Part shown: piece by piece, positions 48,123-60,900 of the stretch
How positions within the stretch are numbered: position 1 is the stretch's first letter
Layout of the letters: each line of letters begins with the position of its first letter
Assembly: GCA_041690355.1 (NCBI GenBank)
Contig: JAWLHK010000002.1
Location: forward strand, 186,001-250,000
Length of the DNA stretch: 64,000 bases
Source: a bacterium
Lineage (GTDB): Bacteria > J088 > JAWLBW01
Direction: 5' to 3'
Program-made: the position numbers and the translations under genes
The notes under the pieces: generated by a model
Seen by the model: only the letters and a program-made list of their open reading frames with translations
Told to the model about the DNA's origin: nothing
Databases searched by the model: none

Positions 48123-48134
48123 GTGTAGGATTTC

Positions 48135-48162
48135 GGCGGGAGGAGGGCTTTCTCCTCCCGCC
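48135..48162 (+). terminator. Hairpin between pstS and pstC (mRNA stabiliser / partial terminator)
   Basis: GGCGGGAGGAG-ggcttt-CTCCTCCCGCC, weak U-tract. Confidence 0.6.
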
Positions 48163-48176
48163 ACGTTTCGACCCGT

Positions 48177-49175
48177 ATGCACGTGCACGCCGCGCAAGGC
48201 GAAGAAAGCAAGGACGCCGCCCGAGTGGAACCAGGACCTTCTCGACGGCAGCAGATCGAGGACGCCCTTTTCCGGGGGGCGACTCGATTTTTCACGTTGC
48301 TCGTTCTCGGGCTGCTAGCCGCCATCATCGTAACGCTCGCCGTCGGAAGCCTGCCGGCGCTGCGGGCCTACGGGCTCTCGTTCTATTCGACGGCCGAGTG
48401 GAATCCGGTCACCGAAGTCTTCGGCGGTATCGTGCCCATTCTCGGCACGCTCATCACGTCGCTGCTGGCCATGCTGATCGCCGTGCCGATCAGCTTCGGC
48501 ATCGCCATCTTTCTCACGCAAATTGCGCCCAACTGGATGAAGCGGCCGCTCGGGATCACCATCGAGCTTCTGGCGGCGGTGCCGAGCATCATCTACGGCA
48601 TGTGGGGGCTGTTCGTGCTCGCCCCCTTTCTGGGCGCGCACGTTTATCCCTGGATCAACGACTACCTGGGGGCCATTCCGGGCATCGGCGTGCTCTTTCA
48701 GGGGCCGCCCATCGGCATCGGCGTGCTCACGGCCGGGATCATCCTGGCCATCATGGTCATCCCCTTCACGTCGTCGGTCATGCGTGACGTCTTCGAGGTG
48801 GTTCCCCCGCTGCTCAAGGAGTCGGCCTTCGGGCTCGGCTCGACGACGTGGGAAGTCGTCTGGCACGTGGTGCTCCCCTACACGCGCACCGGGGTGATCG
48901 GCGGCGTGCTGCTCGGCCTCGGGCGTGCCCTCGGCGAGACGATGGCCGTCACCTTCGTCATCGGCAATGCGCACCACCTGAGCGCCTCGTTGCTCATGCC
49001 GGGAAACACGATATCGGCAGCCCTGGCCAACGAATTTACCGAAGCGGTGGGCGATCTGTATACCTCGTCGCTGATTCTGCTCGGGCTCACGCTCTTCGGG
49101 ATTACCTTCGTCGTGCTCTCGATTGCCAAGATCGTTCTTCTGCGCCTCGAAAAGCGGGCAAATCGACTTTCCTGA
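48177..49175 (+). CDS. pstC: Phosphate ABC transporter permease PstC
   Basis: [25 protein letters not shown]. Confidence 0.96.
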   Translation: MHVHAAQGEESKDAARVEPGPSRRQQIEDALFRGATRFFTLLVLGLLAAIIVTLAVGSLPALRAYGLSFYSTAEWNPVTEVFGGIVPILGTLITSLLAMLIAVPISFGIAIFLTQIAPNWMKRPLGITIELLAAVPSIIYGMWGLFVLAPFLGAHVYPWINDYLGAIPGIGVLFQGPPIGIGVLTAGIILAIMVIPFTSSVMRDVFEVVPPLLKESAFGLGSTTWEVVWHVVLPYTRTGVIGGVLLGLGRALGETMAVTFVIGNAHHLSASLLMPGNTISAALANEFTEAVGDLYTSSLILLGLTLFGITFVVLSIAKIVLLRLEKRANRLS

Positions 49176-49183
49176 GCGCCTCC

Positions 49184-50023
49184 ATGGATTCAACCCGTTA
49201 TCTGATGCGCCGCACCGTGAACGCCCTGACCATGCTGGTCTCGGCGGGCGCCATGCTCTTCGGCATCGTCTGGCTGGTGTGGATTCTGATCACCTTGCTC
49301 GACAACGGCCTCGCGGGGCTCGGGACGCATCTGTTCACCGAATCGACCCCCCCGCCGGGGAGCGCGGGCGGCCTGGCCAACGCCATCATGGGAAGTCTGA
49401 TCATGACGGGGGTGGCCACGCTCATCGGCACCCCGATCGGCATTCTGGCCGGCACCTATCTGGCTGAATTCGGTGGCGAAGGCTGGCTCGCCCGAACGAC
49501 CCGGTTCATCAACGACATTCTGCTGAGTGCCCCCTCCATCGTCATCGGTCTGTTCATCTACGGCGTCGTGGTCGCCCCCATGGGGCACTTCTCGGCGTGG
49601 GCGGGCTCCCTTGCGCTGGCGGTCATCGTCATCCCGGTCGTCGTGCGCACGACCGAGAACATGCTGCGGCTCGTGCCCAACAGCCTGCGCGAGGCCGCAA
49701 GCGCCCTGGGCGCGCCTCAGTGGAAGGTCGTGACGATGGTGGCCTACCGCGCGTCGATGGGCGGCATCATGACGGGCATCCTGCTCGCCGTGGCCCGCAT
49801 CAGCGGCGAAACGGCGCCGCTGCTCTTCACCGCCCTCAACAACCAGTTCTGGAGCACGAACCTGAACGCTCCGATGGCGAACCTGCCCGTCGTCATGTTT
49901 CAATTTGCCATGAGCCCCTACGATGACTGGCACAGCCTGGCCTGGGCGGGCGCCTTTCTCATCACCTTTGCTGTACTCGGGCTGAACATCGTCGCGCGGG
50001 TCGTGTTCCGCAAGCATATCTGA
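49184..50023 (+). CDS. pstA: Phosphate ABC transporter permease PstA
   Basis: [28 protein letters not shown]. Confidence 0.96.
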   Translation: MDSTRYLMRRTVNALTMLVSAGAMLFGIVWLVWILITLLDNGLAGLGTHLFTESTPPPGSAGGLANAIMGSLIMTGVATLIGTPIGILAGTYLAEFGGEGWLARTTRFINDILLSAPSIVIGLFIYGVVVAPMGHFSAWAGSLALAVIVIPVVVRTTENMLRLVPNSLREAASALGAPQWKVVTMVAYRASMGGIMTGILLAVARISGETAPLLFTALNNQFWSTNLNAPMANLPVVMFQFAMSPYDDWHSLAWAGAFLITFAVLGLNIVARVVFRKHI

Positions 50024-50036
50024 TAAAAGGTAAAGC

Positions 50037-50822
50037 GTGCCCCAATCCGCAGTTGAACCGATCATCGAGAATCCGAAGGTCGAAGTGCGCAATCTGCACT
50101 TCTACTACGGCGGATTCCACGCCCTGAAAGACATCAACATCCGCATTCCCGAACGCCAGGTGACCGCCTTCATCGGCCCGTCGGGCTGCGGGAAATCGAC
50201 GCTGCTGCGTACGCTCAACCGCATGTTCGAGCTGTATCCGAAGCAGAAGGCGCAGGGCGAAATTCTGCTCGACGGCAAGAACATCCTCGATGCGCGCCAG
50301 GACGTCAATCTGCTGCGGGCCCGCGTCGGCATGGTCTTTCAGAAGCCGACGCCGTTTCCCATGTCCATCTTCCGCAACGTCGCCTTCGGCGTGAACCTGT
50401 ACGAGAAGCTCTCGAACAGCGCCATGGAAGAGCGTGTCGAGTGGGCGCTGCGCAAAGCCGCCCTCTGGGACGAGGTCAAGGACAAGCTGGGGCAGGGCGG
50501 CGACAGTCTTTCGGGAGGGCAGCAGCAGCGGCTCTGTCTGGCACGAGCGCTCGCCGTCAAGCCGCAGGTGATTCTGCTCGATGAGCCGACCTCGGCGCTC
50601 GACCCGATTGCAACCGCGAACATCGAAGAGCTCATCAACGAACTCAAGGCCGATTACACGATCATCATCGTCACGCACAACATGCAGCAGGCTGCCCGCG
50701 TCTCGGACTACACCTGCTTCATGTACCTGGGCGAGGTCATCGAGTTCGGCGCTACCCAGCAGATTTTCACACGTCCCCGCAAGCGCGAAACCGAAGATTA
50801 CATCACCGGAAAATTCGGGTAA
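50037..50822 (+). CDS. pstB: Phosphate ABC transporter ATPase PstB
   Basis: [41 protein letters not shown]. Confidence 0.97.
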   Translation: MPQSAVEPIIENPKVEVRNLHFYYGGFHALKDINIRIPERQVTAFIGPSGCGKSTLLRTLNRMFELYPKQKAQGEILLDGKNILDARQDVNLLRARVGMVFQKPTPFPMSIFRNVAFGVNLYEKLSNSAMEERVEWALRKAALWDEVKDKLGQGGDSLSGGQQQRLCLARALAVKPQVILLDEPTSALDPIATANIEELINELKADYTIIIVTHNMQQAARVSDYTCFMYLGEVIEFGATQQIFTRPRKRETEDYITGKFG

Positions 50823-50863
50823 TCTTGCAGTGGTACGATGGTCAGGCAAAGAGGAAAAAGAAA

Positions 50864-51589
50864 ATGTCTGACCGTATCCTGATCGTTGATGACGAGCGCG
50901 ACCTCTGCGAAGTGCTCGCCTACAATCTGCGCAAAGAGGGGTTTCAGGTCGACGTCCTGCACGAGGGGCGGCTGGTGCTCAGCTCGCTCGAGCAGAACCG
51001 CCCGGCACTGGTCGTTCTCGACTGGATGCTGCCCGATCGCATGGGCGTCGACATTCTGAAATCCATCCGCCGCCACGACACCCTTTACGATCTGCCCGTG
51101 GTCATGCTGACCGCCCGCAGCGAAGAGGCCGACCGCGTCCTGGGCCTGGAGCTGGGGGCCGACGACTACGTGACCAAGCCGTTCAGCGTCAAGGAGCTGG
51201 TGGCCCGCGTCCGCAGCATCCGCCGCCGCGTCGGTTCGGCCATGGCCGTCTCCAAGGACGTCTATGACGACGGCGCGCTCGTCATCGACCCCTCGCGCCA
51301 GAGCGTAACCTTCGGCGGAGCCCCGGTCACCCTGACGGGGCGCGAATTCGACGTCCTCTACTTTCTCGCCCGGCATCCCGGCCGCATCTTCAGCCGCGAC
51401 CAGCTGCTCGACAACGTCTGGGGCGATGAAGTCTACGTGACCGACCGAACCGTCGACGTGCGGATTCACCGGGTGCGCACCGCGTTGTCGACCGCCGGGG
51501 CCGAAGGGGATTACATCCGCACGGTGCGCGGCAAGGGATATCTATTCGAACCTCCCCGAAGCGGGCAGGCGAGCGCCGAAGCGTCCTGA
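50864..51589 (+). CDS. phoB: PhoB-like response regulator
   Basis: LDWMLP, GADDYVTKPF, DRTVDVRIHR, TVRGKGY; follows pstB. Confidence 0.85.
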   Translation: MSDRILIVDDERDLCEVLAYNLRKEGFQVDVLHEGRLVLSSLEQNRPALVVLDWMLPDRMGVDILKSIRRHDTLYDLPVVMLTARSEEADRVLGLELGADDYVTKPFSVKELVARVRSIRRRVGSAMAVSKDVYDDGALVIDPSRQSVTFGGAPVTLTGREFDVLYFLARHPGRIFSRDQLLDNVWGDEVYVTDRTVDVRIHRVRTALSTAGAEGDYIRTVRGKGYLFEPPRSGQASAEAS

Positions 51590-51677
51590 CTGGTAGACTG
51601 TCAGGCGGCAACCTGCGGAATCGTGTGCATCTCTGTGCGCGGCTCCTGATGATCACTCCCTTCAACAAGGAGACGTC

Positions 51678-53159
51678 ATGAGCGTCGTCGCCCTTTCTTT
51701 TCTTTCCTTTCTGGCCGCCATCACCCTTCTCGGCGCCGCCTCGGTGTTCCGGTCGAAGAAGACGACCGACGACTACCTTCTCGCCAGCCGCAGCGTCGGC
51801 CCCGGCCTCACGGCCCTGTCGTCGGTCGCCACGAACAACAGCGGCTACATGTTCGTCGGCCTCGTCGGTTTCGCCTATGCGAGCGGACTCGCCGCCATGT
51901 GGCTGCAGGTCGGCTGGATTCTCGGCGACATGGTCGCCTGGGCCTGGCTTCACCGGCGTGTGCGCGAGGAGTCGGGACGCCATGAAACCGCGACGCTCCC
52001 CGCGCTGCTGGGTACGAGCCGGCACGGCCGGCGGCAGCGCAGCGTCACGGTTGCCTCGGCCCTGCTTACGCTGGTTCTGCTCGCCGCCTATGCCGCCGCG
52101 CAGCTCAATGCGGGGAGCAAGGCCCTGAACGTGCTTTTCGGCTGGGACTACGCCGTGGGGGCCGTGATCGGCGCCGCCATCGTCGTCGTCTACTGTTTCG
52201 CCGGCGGTATCCGGGCCTCGATCTGGACCGACGCCGCACAGTCGGTCGTCATGTTTCTGTCGCTCGCTGCGCTGTGCACCGTCGCGCTCGTCGAGGCGGG
52301 GGGCCCCGCGGCACTCTTCGCCCGGCTGCAAAGCATTGATCCGGCCCTCGTTACCTTGTTCCCCGAGCAGCGCCTCTTCGGCTTCGCCCCCTGGTTTCTC
52401 GGGTTCATTTTCGGCGGCTTCGGCGTCATCGGCCAGCCGCACATTCTCGTGCGCACGATGGCGCTGCGCTCGGCGAGCCTGATACCTCAGGCGCGCCGAA
52501 TCTACTTTCTCTGGTTCATCCCCTTTTCAGCCTTCTCGGTGCTCGTCGGGCTGAGCGCGCGCGCGCTGCTCCCCGAAGCGGGAACCGGGGCCTTCGATCC
52601 CGAGCTTGCGCTGCCGCAGCTCGGCATGTCGCTGCTCGCGCCGGTTGCGGTCGGCTTTCTCCTGGCCGGCCTCTTTTCGGCGACGATGTCGACGGCCGAT
52701 TCCCAGATTCTGGCCTGCTCTGCGGCGCTCACGCACGATCTGGCACCGCGCCTCGGGCGCTCGTATCTCATGACCAAACTGGGCACGCTGCTGATTGCCG
52801 GCGGCGCGCTCGCGATTGCGCTCGTCGGCCCCGACAGTGTCTTTCTTCTCGTGCTCATGGCCTGGTCGGCGCTGGCGGTAAGCCTGGGCCCGGTGCTTCT
52901 GCTGCGCCTGCTGCGCTGGCCGCTCGGACCGCGCCTCGCGATTGCGGTCATGGCCGCGGGGCTCGTCGGCGCCATCGGCTGGAAGTACGGACTGGAGCTC
53001 GACGGCGCCGTCTACGAGATTCTGCCGGGGCTCGTGACGGCATTCGCCGTGTACGCCTTCGCCTATCGGATGGGATGGGATCTGGAAGACGGGCCGCCCG
53101 AGGGAGCGCATGCGCCGGACGAGGCAGCCGCGAAGGCCCCGGGTCTGGAGGTCGGCTGA
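51678..53159 (+). CDS. putP: Sodium/proline symporter (SSS family)
   Basis: DDYLLASR, SGYMFVG, WTDAAQ, GQPHIL, ATMSTADSQIL. Confidence 0.8.
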   Translation: MSVVALSFLSFLAAITLLGAASVFRSKKTTDDYLLASRSVGPGLTALSSVATNNSGYMFVGLVGFAYASGLAAMWLQVGWILGDMVAWAWLHRRVREESGRHETATLPALLGTSRHGRRQRSVTVASALLTLVLLAAYAAAQLNAGSKALNVLFGWDYAVGAVIGAAIVVVYCFAGGIRASIWTDAAQSVVMFLSLAALCTVALVEAGGPAALFARLQSIDPALVTLFPEQRLFGFAPWFLGFIFGGFGVIGQPHILVRTMALRSASLIPQARRIYFLWFIPFSAFSVLVGLSARALLPEAGTGAFDPELALPQLGMSLLAPVAVGFLLAGLFSATMSTADSQILACSAALTHDLAPRLGRSYLMTKLGTLLIAGGALAIALVGPDSVFLLVLMAWSALAVSLGPVLLLRLLRWPLGPRLAIAVMAAGLVGAIGWKYGLELDGAVYEILPGLVTAFAVYAFAYRMGWDLEDGPPEGAHAPDEAAAKAPGLEVG

Positions 53160-53199
53160 GCGGGCGTACCGGAGGGCCGCCTGATAAAATGGCAGATCT

Positions 53200-54828
53200 A
53201 TGAAGATCTGGCTAGCGCTCGGAATCGTGGCGGCGACCCTGGTTGCAGGGGTGGCCTGGTGGATGACTCGCACCGAGGCCGGCCCTGCGTCGCCGCAGGT
53301 CGCAGCGACCCGCGCAGCGAAGCCGCCGGAACCCGTCCCGGAGCCGGCTGCAGAGCGCGTGGCGCGAGCAGAAGAAAATGTTCCGCTTGCACAGAGCCGG
53401 AGCGAGCCTGCCCCGGCGCCCGCCCGCGCCGCAGTGCCGGCACGCCCCGAACCGGCCGCCGGGGACGAGTCCGATGCGGCGCCGGTCGTGCGAGCGGAAA
53501 TGCCGGAAGGTGGCGGACCCGACACGACATCGGAACCGGCCCCGCCACCCGCCGCCGAACCGCTCCCGGAGGTTGCCGCCGCGCCGGAGCCAGCGGATCC
53601 CGAGCCGGAAGTAGTCCCCATCGCCGCCAACGCGCCCTCCAGCCCCGCCGGCGGCCACCCGGAACTCGCTGGCGAAACGGCTGAGGAATCGGTTGCGGAT
53701 TCGGCCCCGAGCGCGCCGGCCCCCGAGACGCACGCACTCGCATCTGCGCCCGCTGCTCCGCCTGCTCCGGCGGAGCCCGCTCCCACTGCGGCAGCTCCCG
53801 CTTTTGAGCCGGAGTCTGTCGCGGTCGCAGCAGACCCCGAACCGGAAACCCTGGCCCAAGCGGAACCTTCTCCCGTGCCGGTCGCAGGCGCGCAGGCCGC
53901 CGCCGTCCCCGAGACCTATGCCGCCGCCGAATCCGAGCCGGTCGCCGCGGCTCCGTCCGCCGTTCCCGTCGTCAGCACGCGCCACGAGTCCATCGAAGAG
54001 GCCATGCAGTCGGTGGCCGGCGCCATGGCCGCCGAGATCGGGCGTGACCGGGTACTCGCCGTCACGAAGCTGGCCCAGCTCAGCCCGGGGGTGCGCCGCA
54101 ATGAAACCGGCGCCATGGCCGCCGAACTGCTGACGACGGCACTCGTCAATCGGGGCGAAACGCGCGTCGTCGAGGAGGCGCAGGTCGAGCGCATTCTCGA
54201 AGAGACCCAGCTCGGCGGCCTGGGGCTCACGCAGACCGACAACGCCTCGAAAATCGGCCAGATGCTCGGTTCCGACGCCGTCGTGGTCGGTTCGGCCCGT
54301 GACGAGGGTGACGACATCATCGTGCGCACCGAACTCGTCGACAGCGGCGCACCGCTCCCGCGCAAGATCTACGAACTGCGCTTCCCGGCGCCCAAAGCGC
54401 CTGAAGCCTCCGCGGCCGAACTGACCGAGAGGCTTGTCGTCAGGACGAAGCGCGACGCCCTGTTTCGCTCGCTGGTGGTCCCCGGCTGGGGCCAGTTTTA
54501 CAACGGCGACGTCGCCAAGGGCATCATCGCGCTGACCTTGACCGGCACCTTTCTCGGGGCCTCGCTGTACGAGTACAACCAGTTCACGCTTGCGCGCGAT
54601 CTATATTACGACGCGAGTTCGGCTACCGAATCCAACGCCGCCTGGTCGCGAGCCGAAACGCACAAAACCGGCGCGTTCGTGTTCATCGGGCTCACGGCTG
54701 CCTGGTGGGGGATCGTGGCGACTGAGGCGTACGTGAACGGCACCGACACGCGCCCCGCCGAGCTCCGCCTGACCCCCACACTGGGCTCCCGAGGCGAACC
54801 GGGCATCAGCCTGGCCTGGCGCTGGTAG
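53200..54828 (+). CDS. Exported protein: Pro/Ala-rich stalk, FlgO/CsgG-like domain, DUF5683-like C-terminus
   Basis: N-terminal TM; VEEAQVERILEE.QLG..G....KIGQMLGSDAVVVGS; RSLVVPGWGQFYNG. Confidence 0.75.
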   Translation: MKIWLALGIVAATLVAGVAWWMTRTEAGPASPQVAATRAAKPPEPVPEPAAERVARAEENVPLAQSRSEPAPAPARAAVPARPEPAAGDESDAAPVVRAEMPEGGGPDTTSEPAPPPAAEPLPEVAAAPEPADPEPEVVPIAANAPSSPAGGHPELAGETAEESVADSAPSAPAPETHALASAPAAPPAPAEPAPTAAAPAFEPESVAVAADPEPETLAQAEPSPVPVAGAQAAAVPETYAAAESEPVAAAPSAVPVVSTRHESIEEAMQSVAGAMAAEIGRDRVLAVTKLAQLSPGVRRNETGAMAAELLTTALVNRGETRVVEEAQVERILEETQLGGLGLTQTDNASKIGQMLGSDAVVVGSARDEGDDIIVRTELVDSGAPLPRKIYELRFPAPKAPEASAAELTERLVVRTKRDALFRSLVVPGWGQFYNGDVAKGIIALTLTGTFLGASLYEYNQFTLARDLYYDASSATESNAAWSRAETHKTGAFVFIGLTAAWWGIVATEAYVNGTDTRPAELRLTPTLGSRGEPGISLAWRW

Positions 54829-54850
54829 ACCGGGTCTTTCTCGTACCGAG

Positions 54851-54887
54851 AGCGGGTTTCTTACGGGGAACCCGCTTCTTTTTTTTC
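54851..54887 (+). terminator. Intrinsic terminator (+ strand)
   Basis: AGCGGGTTTC...GGAACCCGCT followed by a long T-tract. Confidence 0.8.
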
Positions 54888-54907
54888 TTGTACAGGCCGC
54901 GCAGATG

Positions 54908-54943
54908 AAAAAGGCCCGGTAGACACAGACGTCTGCCGGGCCT
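54908..54943 (-). terminator. Intrinsic terminator (- strand) of the giant lipoprotein gene
   Basis: Minus strand AGGCCCGGCAGAC-loop-GTCTACCGGGCCT-TTTT. Confidence 0.75.
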
Positions 54944-54975
54944 CGGGTTTTCGAGCAGGCATGCGCCTGCCCGGC

Positions 54976-57900
54976 TTATTCCTGGATCACCTGTGACGGT
55001 CCGTGGGTTCCCGCGAAGTCGTAGAGCAACTTCAACTTCTGCGTGCCGCTCGTGTTGTCTACGTAGGTCGCGAACAGGCGGCCGTTACGGTCGACGGCAA
55101 GGGCGGGATGGTTGCCGATGTCGTTCGTGCTCGCATCCAGAACGACTTTGGCCCAGTACCCCGGGCGGTTGGTCACATACCAGAGGTCGTCGGAGCTGTC
55201 GTTGTAGTGAACGACGTGTACCTTGCCGTCTGCGTCGGCCTGAATGGCCGACTTCTGGCCGGCCTTGGTGCCGGTGTCGATGGTCGACCGCGACCACGTG
55301 CCGTCGCTCGCGCGGCTGGCATAGCGCAGCAGCGTATCGGTCGAGTCGTAATGGGCGATGTGTACCGTCCCTTCCGGCGTAACGGCGAGGCTGGCACGGT
55401 AGCCGAGATTCTTGTTCGACAGGCTTTGGCCGGTTTCCACCGTCCACGTCGTACCCTCCAGCATCGCCAGCTCGAGCGTCGCTTTGCCGTTGGCATTCAT
55501 CCCCCGGTAGGTAACGTAGAGCTTCCCGTTTCCGTCGATGCGGATGCCGGTGCGCTGCACGTAGCTCCCTTCGTCGGCGACATCGACGGTATCCACGTCA
55601 GAACGCGCCCAGAAGCCGTCCTTGTTCGTGACATACCGGATGGCGTCGTTGCCGCTGCCGTCTTCGAAGTAGTAGACGGCGTGCACTTTTCCGCCCGCAT
55701 CGACCGCCACGGATGCGCCGATGCCCGAATCGTCGACCGATTCACGGGTCTCGACCGTCCAGGCTCCGAACGTGCCCGTGGCGTAGCGCAGGTCGTTGTT
55801 GTCGTCGTCGTAGTAGAACATGTGCACGGTGCCGTCGCCGGCCACGCCGATGGAAGGCCACTCCACATCGACAACCGTATCGACCAGTTCCGATCGCCAG
55901 AGGCCGTCGGGACGGTTGGTCGCGTACTTGAGCTCTCCGGTGTTGCCCCCGCCGTCGCGGAAGGCGATGTGGAGAAACCCGAGCGAATCGACCGCCACCG
56001 CCGTGTCGTCGACGGAGGTTGCCGCCGTCAGGTCGAGCTTGTGCGTGCTGTACTCACGCCAGCGGCTGAGTACCAGATCGCCCTCGACGGCATCGTAATG
56101 GGTCGCGAACAGGGCGCCCGTGGTGTCGACGGCCAGCGAGGCGAACAAGCCCACCGAAGGCCGGTCGTCGAGCGTGCGCACGACCCAGCTGCCCGAAGTA
56201 TTCGTGGCGTAGCCGAGCCCCGCCGACCCGTTCAGGTAGGCAACGTGAACCCCGGTGGCGCTCAAGGCGAGCGAGGCATAGGCGCCCACGTCGGCTCCGC
56301 CGGTCGTCGTGATCGTCGTCAGCGTCCAGGCGCCGGGCGAGCCGCTCGCGTACTTGAGCTGGTCGGCGGCGCCGTTCTCCTTGAAATAGGCGATGTGCAC
56401 CGTGCCGGCCGCGTCGACGGCCAGTGAGTTGAACTGACCGCTGTCTCCCGTGTCTACGGTGCTCGGCGCCGAAAAGGCCGCCGACCCGGTGACGTGCGTC
56501 GCGTAGCGGAGCTCTTTCGCCCAGACGTTGTGCCAGGTGACGTGCACGGTTCCGTTCCGGTCGACGGCAATGCCGGTCGTCGCGTCGGTAACCGGCTGCA
56601 CGGCGCCGACGTGGTCGATGCGGATGGGGCTGCCCCAGACGTCGTTAATCCTCGCGACGTAACGCGTCTCGGCCGTGACGCCGTAGGCGTTGTAGAAGCT
56701 GATGTAAACGTTCTGCCAGCGGTCGACCGCGATGGACGACCAGCGACCGGCATCGGTGGCCGCATCGGCAAAGGCGGTTTCCGAAACCCATCCGCCATCC
56801 TTGTTCGTGGCGTATTTGAGCGCGCCGTTGGTCTGATCGTAGTAGGCAATGTGGGCGTTGCCGTACATGTCGACGGCAACCGAGCCGTACTGCCCCACGT
56901 CGCCGGCCGAATCGACCAGCGAGGCATCCCACGCGCCGGTGACATTGCTCATGTAGCGCAGGTCGCCCGCGGTCGCATCGTAGTAGGCGATGTGGATGCC
57001 GCCATGCGGATCGAGAGCGACGGCACTGTCGGCGCCGACGTCGTTCAGCGGATCGAGCGTCAGGTTGTCGTTGATTTCGAGCGGGAACCGGGAACGGTAG
57101 TTCAGAACGGAGCCTTCATTCGAAACGCGTACGTCAATCGACTCGTCGATCCAGACCGTGCCGACGGTACGGTCCCAGCTCGTGCTGCCCGCGAGCTGAT
57201 TGCTGAACGGGCTGCCGGTCGGGTACGGCTCGCCGTTGTGATAGGCCTGCGTGAGCGTTACGCCGGCACCCTGTTGCCCATATTCGTAGTGGTAGTTCGT
57301 GGCGTTGCGTACCCAGGTCAACCGCTCTGCCGGCCGGATCGGCGTGATGCTGAGCGTGTCGGAAACCGTGGAGGCATTGCCCAGGTCGTCATAGGCCTGC
57401 AGCTGATAACGATGGACGAGGCCGAAGTAGGCCTCGTCGGTCGTATCGCGCCAGGTCGTCGGGCAGGGGCAGACCGTGTCGACAAGCGTCAGGAACGCAC
57501 CATCGACCCCATCGACCTGGCGGCGAAGCACGATGCGCTCGAGATCGGCGGCCGCGGGAACGGTGAGGGCCAGCTCGATATCCTGATCCTTCATTTTGTA
57601 ACCGTCGCCGTCCATGTCGGCGAGGGCGATCGACGGTTTTCCCGGCGGGGTCTGGTCGAGCGTCACACTTGCGCTGACCGCCGCGGCGATTTCGTTGCCT
57701 GCCGCGTCGCGGGCGCGCGCATAGAGTGTTTTCACTCCGTCACCCGCGGCAAGGGCCCACCCGACGAGCGAAGTTGCGGGGAACCAGGTGGCGCCGCTGA
57801 ACGTGCTGCTCGTGCTGAGCTGAAGCTCGGCCACGTCGGTCGTTGCGTTGACGAAGGTCACGTCGACGTTGAGCGCGGCCGTGCGGCCGGCGAAAACGCT

Positions 57901-60900
57901 GGCGCCGGTGATATCGATGGCGAATCCCGGCGACCAGAACTGGCTGTCGACCGTGATGTCGTCATGTACGCATGTCGAGACGTTGCCGGCCGCGTCCTGG
58001 AATTCCGCATAGACCCGGCGGAGCCCCTGCGTCGTTCCCAGATCGAGCGTGGCGCTCGTATCGTAGGCAACCCACGACCCGATGGCGCAGCCCGCCTGCG
58101 AAAAACGCATCTGCACGGCGTTGCCCCCCGCCGAGAAGGTGGCCACGACCGAGGCCGGCGCATTGGTCGCCGTCGCGCCGCCGTTCAGTACGATGGAGAC
58201 CGGCGTCGGCGCGAGCGTGTCGACCTCGACGGTCGAGAACGTATCGATCGCGTGCCCCGCATTGTCGAGCAGGCGCACGTATACAAACCGGATGCCGTCG
58301 CCCGGTGCGAGTGTCCACGCGGTGACCGCAGGACTGTACGGGATGGGGGCCTGCGCAAATGTGCCGTCGTTGCTGATCTGCATCCAGGCGGCGCCGGAGC
58401 CGAAAATCTGCAGGTCGACCTGGTTCGTGGTTGCGTAGGTTGCGCCTCCGTTGAGCGTCACGGCCGGAGTCTGGGTGAAGACCGGCGGCTGGGTATCAAG
58501 GGTGATCGAATCCCAGTATTCGCCGGTCACGTTGCCCGCTGAATCGCGGAAGCGCACCCCGACGCTGCGCACCCCGTCACCCGGGCCACTGGGCAGGGCG
58601 ACATCGAGAAAGGTGCGATACGATTCCCAGGCAGACCCCGAAAAGGTTCCGTCGAAGCCGATGATCATTTCCGTCGCGCCCGTGACCGACATGGCCAGGC
58701 TCACCAGGCTGCTGATCGTGTGCGTCGCTCCGTTTTCGACCAGGATGCCGCCCGCGTATGCTTCGGGAGCCTTGAAGTCGTAAAGAATCGAGTCGCTGAC
58801 CGGTGTGCTCCAGTTACCGGCCCGGTCGCTGAAGGTTGCGCAAACGAACTGCTCGGCCTCGACGCCTGCGCCATACTGCTCGAGCTGCCAGCTCAGCGAC
58901 GCGCCGAATGCATACTCCTGCCAGGCAAGTCCGCCCGTGTTGCACGAGGGGGCCGCGCCCAGGTTGGCGATGCGCATGCGGTCGAGCCCGCTGATGGTAT
59001 CCTGCCCGTCGATGGACAGGAGCACGTTTCCGAGCGGGTCCTTGGTCAGCGCCGGGCTTGTCCGGTTGATGATGAAGCTGGTAATCGACGGGGCGGCGCG
59101 GTCGAGGACGATGCTCGTCGACGCGGCGTCGGTTTCGTTGTTGGCCTCGTCATAGAATTTCACCGCAACCGTACGCGTGCCGTCGACGGCGTCGAGCGTC
59201 CACGGATACGTAGAGGCATAGGCAAGGTACGGCTCGGTGTCGAAGGCGCCGTCGTTCGAGATACGCATGCGCAGGGCGGTGGCGTCGCTTGCAGAGAGGG
59301 TCAGGCCCACCGAGGTGCTGGTCGTGAACGCGGCCCCCGAGTTGATGGCAATGGCGGGGCTGCCGAGCGCGGGCTTGGTGCCGTCGTAGTTGATGGCATC
59401 GGAATAGATGCCGGTTTCGTTGCCCGCCGGATCGCGGAACTTCAGATAGACTGTCGCCGTCAGACCACCCGTGTTGATGACGTGGGGGAACGAAGACTGG
59501 TACGTCAGCCACTGGGCGTTCGTGAAGAACGCATCATTCGCCACGAGCATCTGGCTGGCGCCGGAGACGTCGAGGGTCATCGTCACCTGTCCGCTGTTCG
59601 TATAGGCGGCGCCGCCATTGATGAGCGGTGTGGCGTTCGCGACGGGCGCCATCGTGTCGTACTGGATGGTGTCGGTGACGGGCGTGCTCCAGTTGCCGAG
59701 CCTGTCCTGGAAGCGGGCGCAGACGACGCGCAGCCCCTCCTGGTTCGCCCCCGTCGGCGCTGCGAGCGGCCAGGCCCCGACACCGCCGGCCGTGAACGAG
59801 AGCGTCGTTCCGGTGTTCAGCGTCGTCTCGTCGCAGGGGCTCCCCGCGTTGACGTTGACGAGCTGCGCCGCCTCCACCGACGTCGACAGGTCGAGAACGG
59901 TCCAGTTCAAGGGCACCGAACCGGAGAGGGCGCGCGTATGGTCCTTACCTCCGTCGATCGTGAAGTTGGTTACGACCGGCGGCGTGGAATCCAGCAGTAC
60001 CGACGCCTGCACGGCCTGCGAATAGTTGCCGAGGCTGTCCTGAAAGCGGGCATACAGGTTCTTGACGCCGTCGCCGCTCGAGAGCGTGTAGGGGAAGTAG
60101 TTGGCGACACCCGGAGACACGGGCAGCGTGGTCGGATTGAAGAAATTCAGGTTGTTCGCAATCTGGACGTTGACCGCGTTGTCGGCCGACACGACGACGG
60201 TGATGTTCGGCGAAGCCGTCTCGGTGGCCGTAATGCTGAGGTTGGGGTTCGTGGGCCCCGCCGTCTTGATGCGCACGGTAATGGGTCCTACCGTCAGCGT
60301 GTTGCCGGCCGCGTCGAGAATCCGGGCCCAGGTCTGGCGATCTTCGCCTTCGGCGTTCGTGGGGGCGGGCACGTACCAGAGCCGGCGTCCGCTGTAGGCA
60401 TACTCTTCGGTTGCCGAGGCAAGAAACGATTCGGACGAGCTGTACTGGACGAAGAGCGGGTTTGCGTCGGTGACCTTGAGATACAGGTAATAGTACAGGT
60501 TGTTGGTCTGCGTGATCGTGGCGCCCCCCTGATCCTGGGCCTCGAACGCAGACTCGAGAACGGGCTGGGAGCGGTCGAGTGTGATAGGACGCGGGGTGGC
60601 GCTCGTGACGTTGCCGGCCGCGTCGCGCAGCTGAACGTAGACGGTGTAGTCGCCGTCAACGCCGGCAAGCGTCAGGTTGCGCACGGGCGTGAACGGCTGC
60701 CAGGTCGCGTCGCTGAAATCGGACAGCTGGCTGATGCGCATCTGCATGACGTCGCTCGCCAACACCTGAAGCGAGAGATTTTCGTTGTTGATGTACTGCT
60801 GGCTGGCCACGAAACCGCCCCCCTGAATCTGGACGTACGGCGCGGGTGGCGGGGTCTTGTCCAGCACGAGATTCAGCGAGCGGACGAGAGACAGGTTGCC

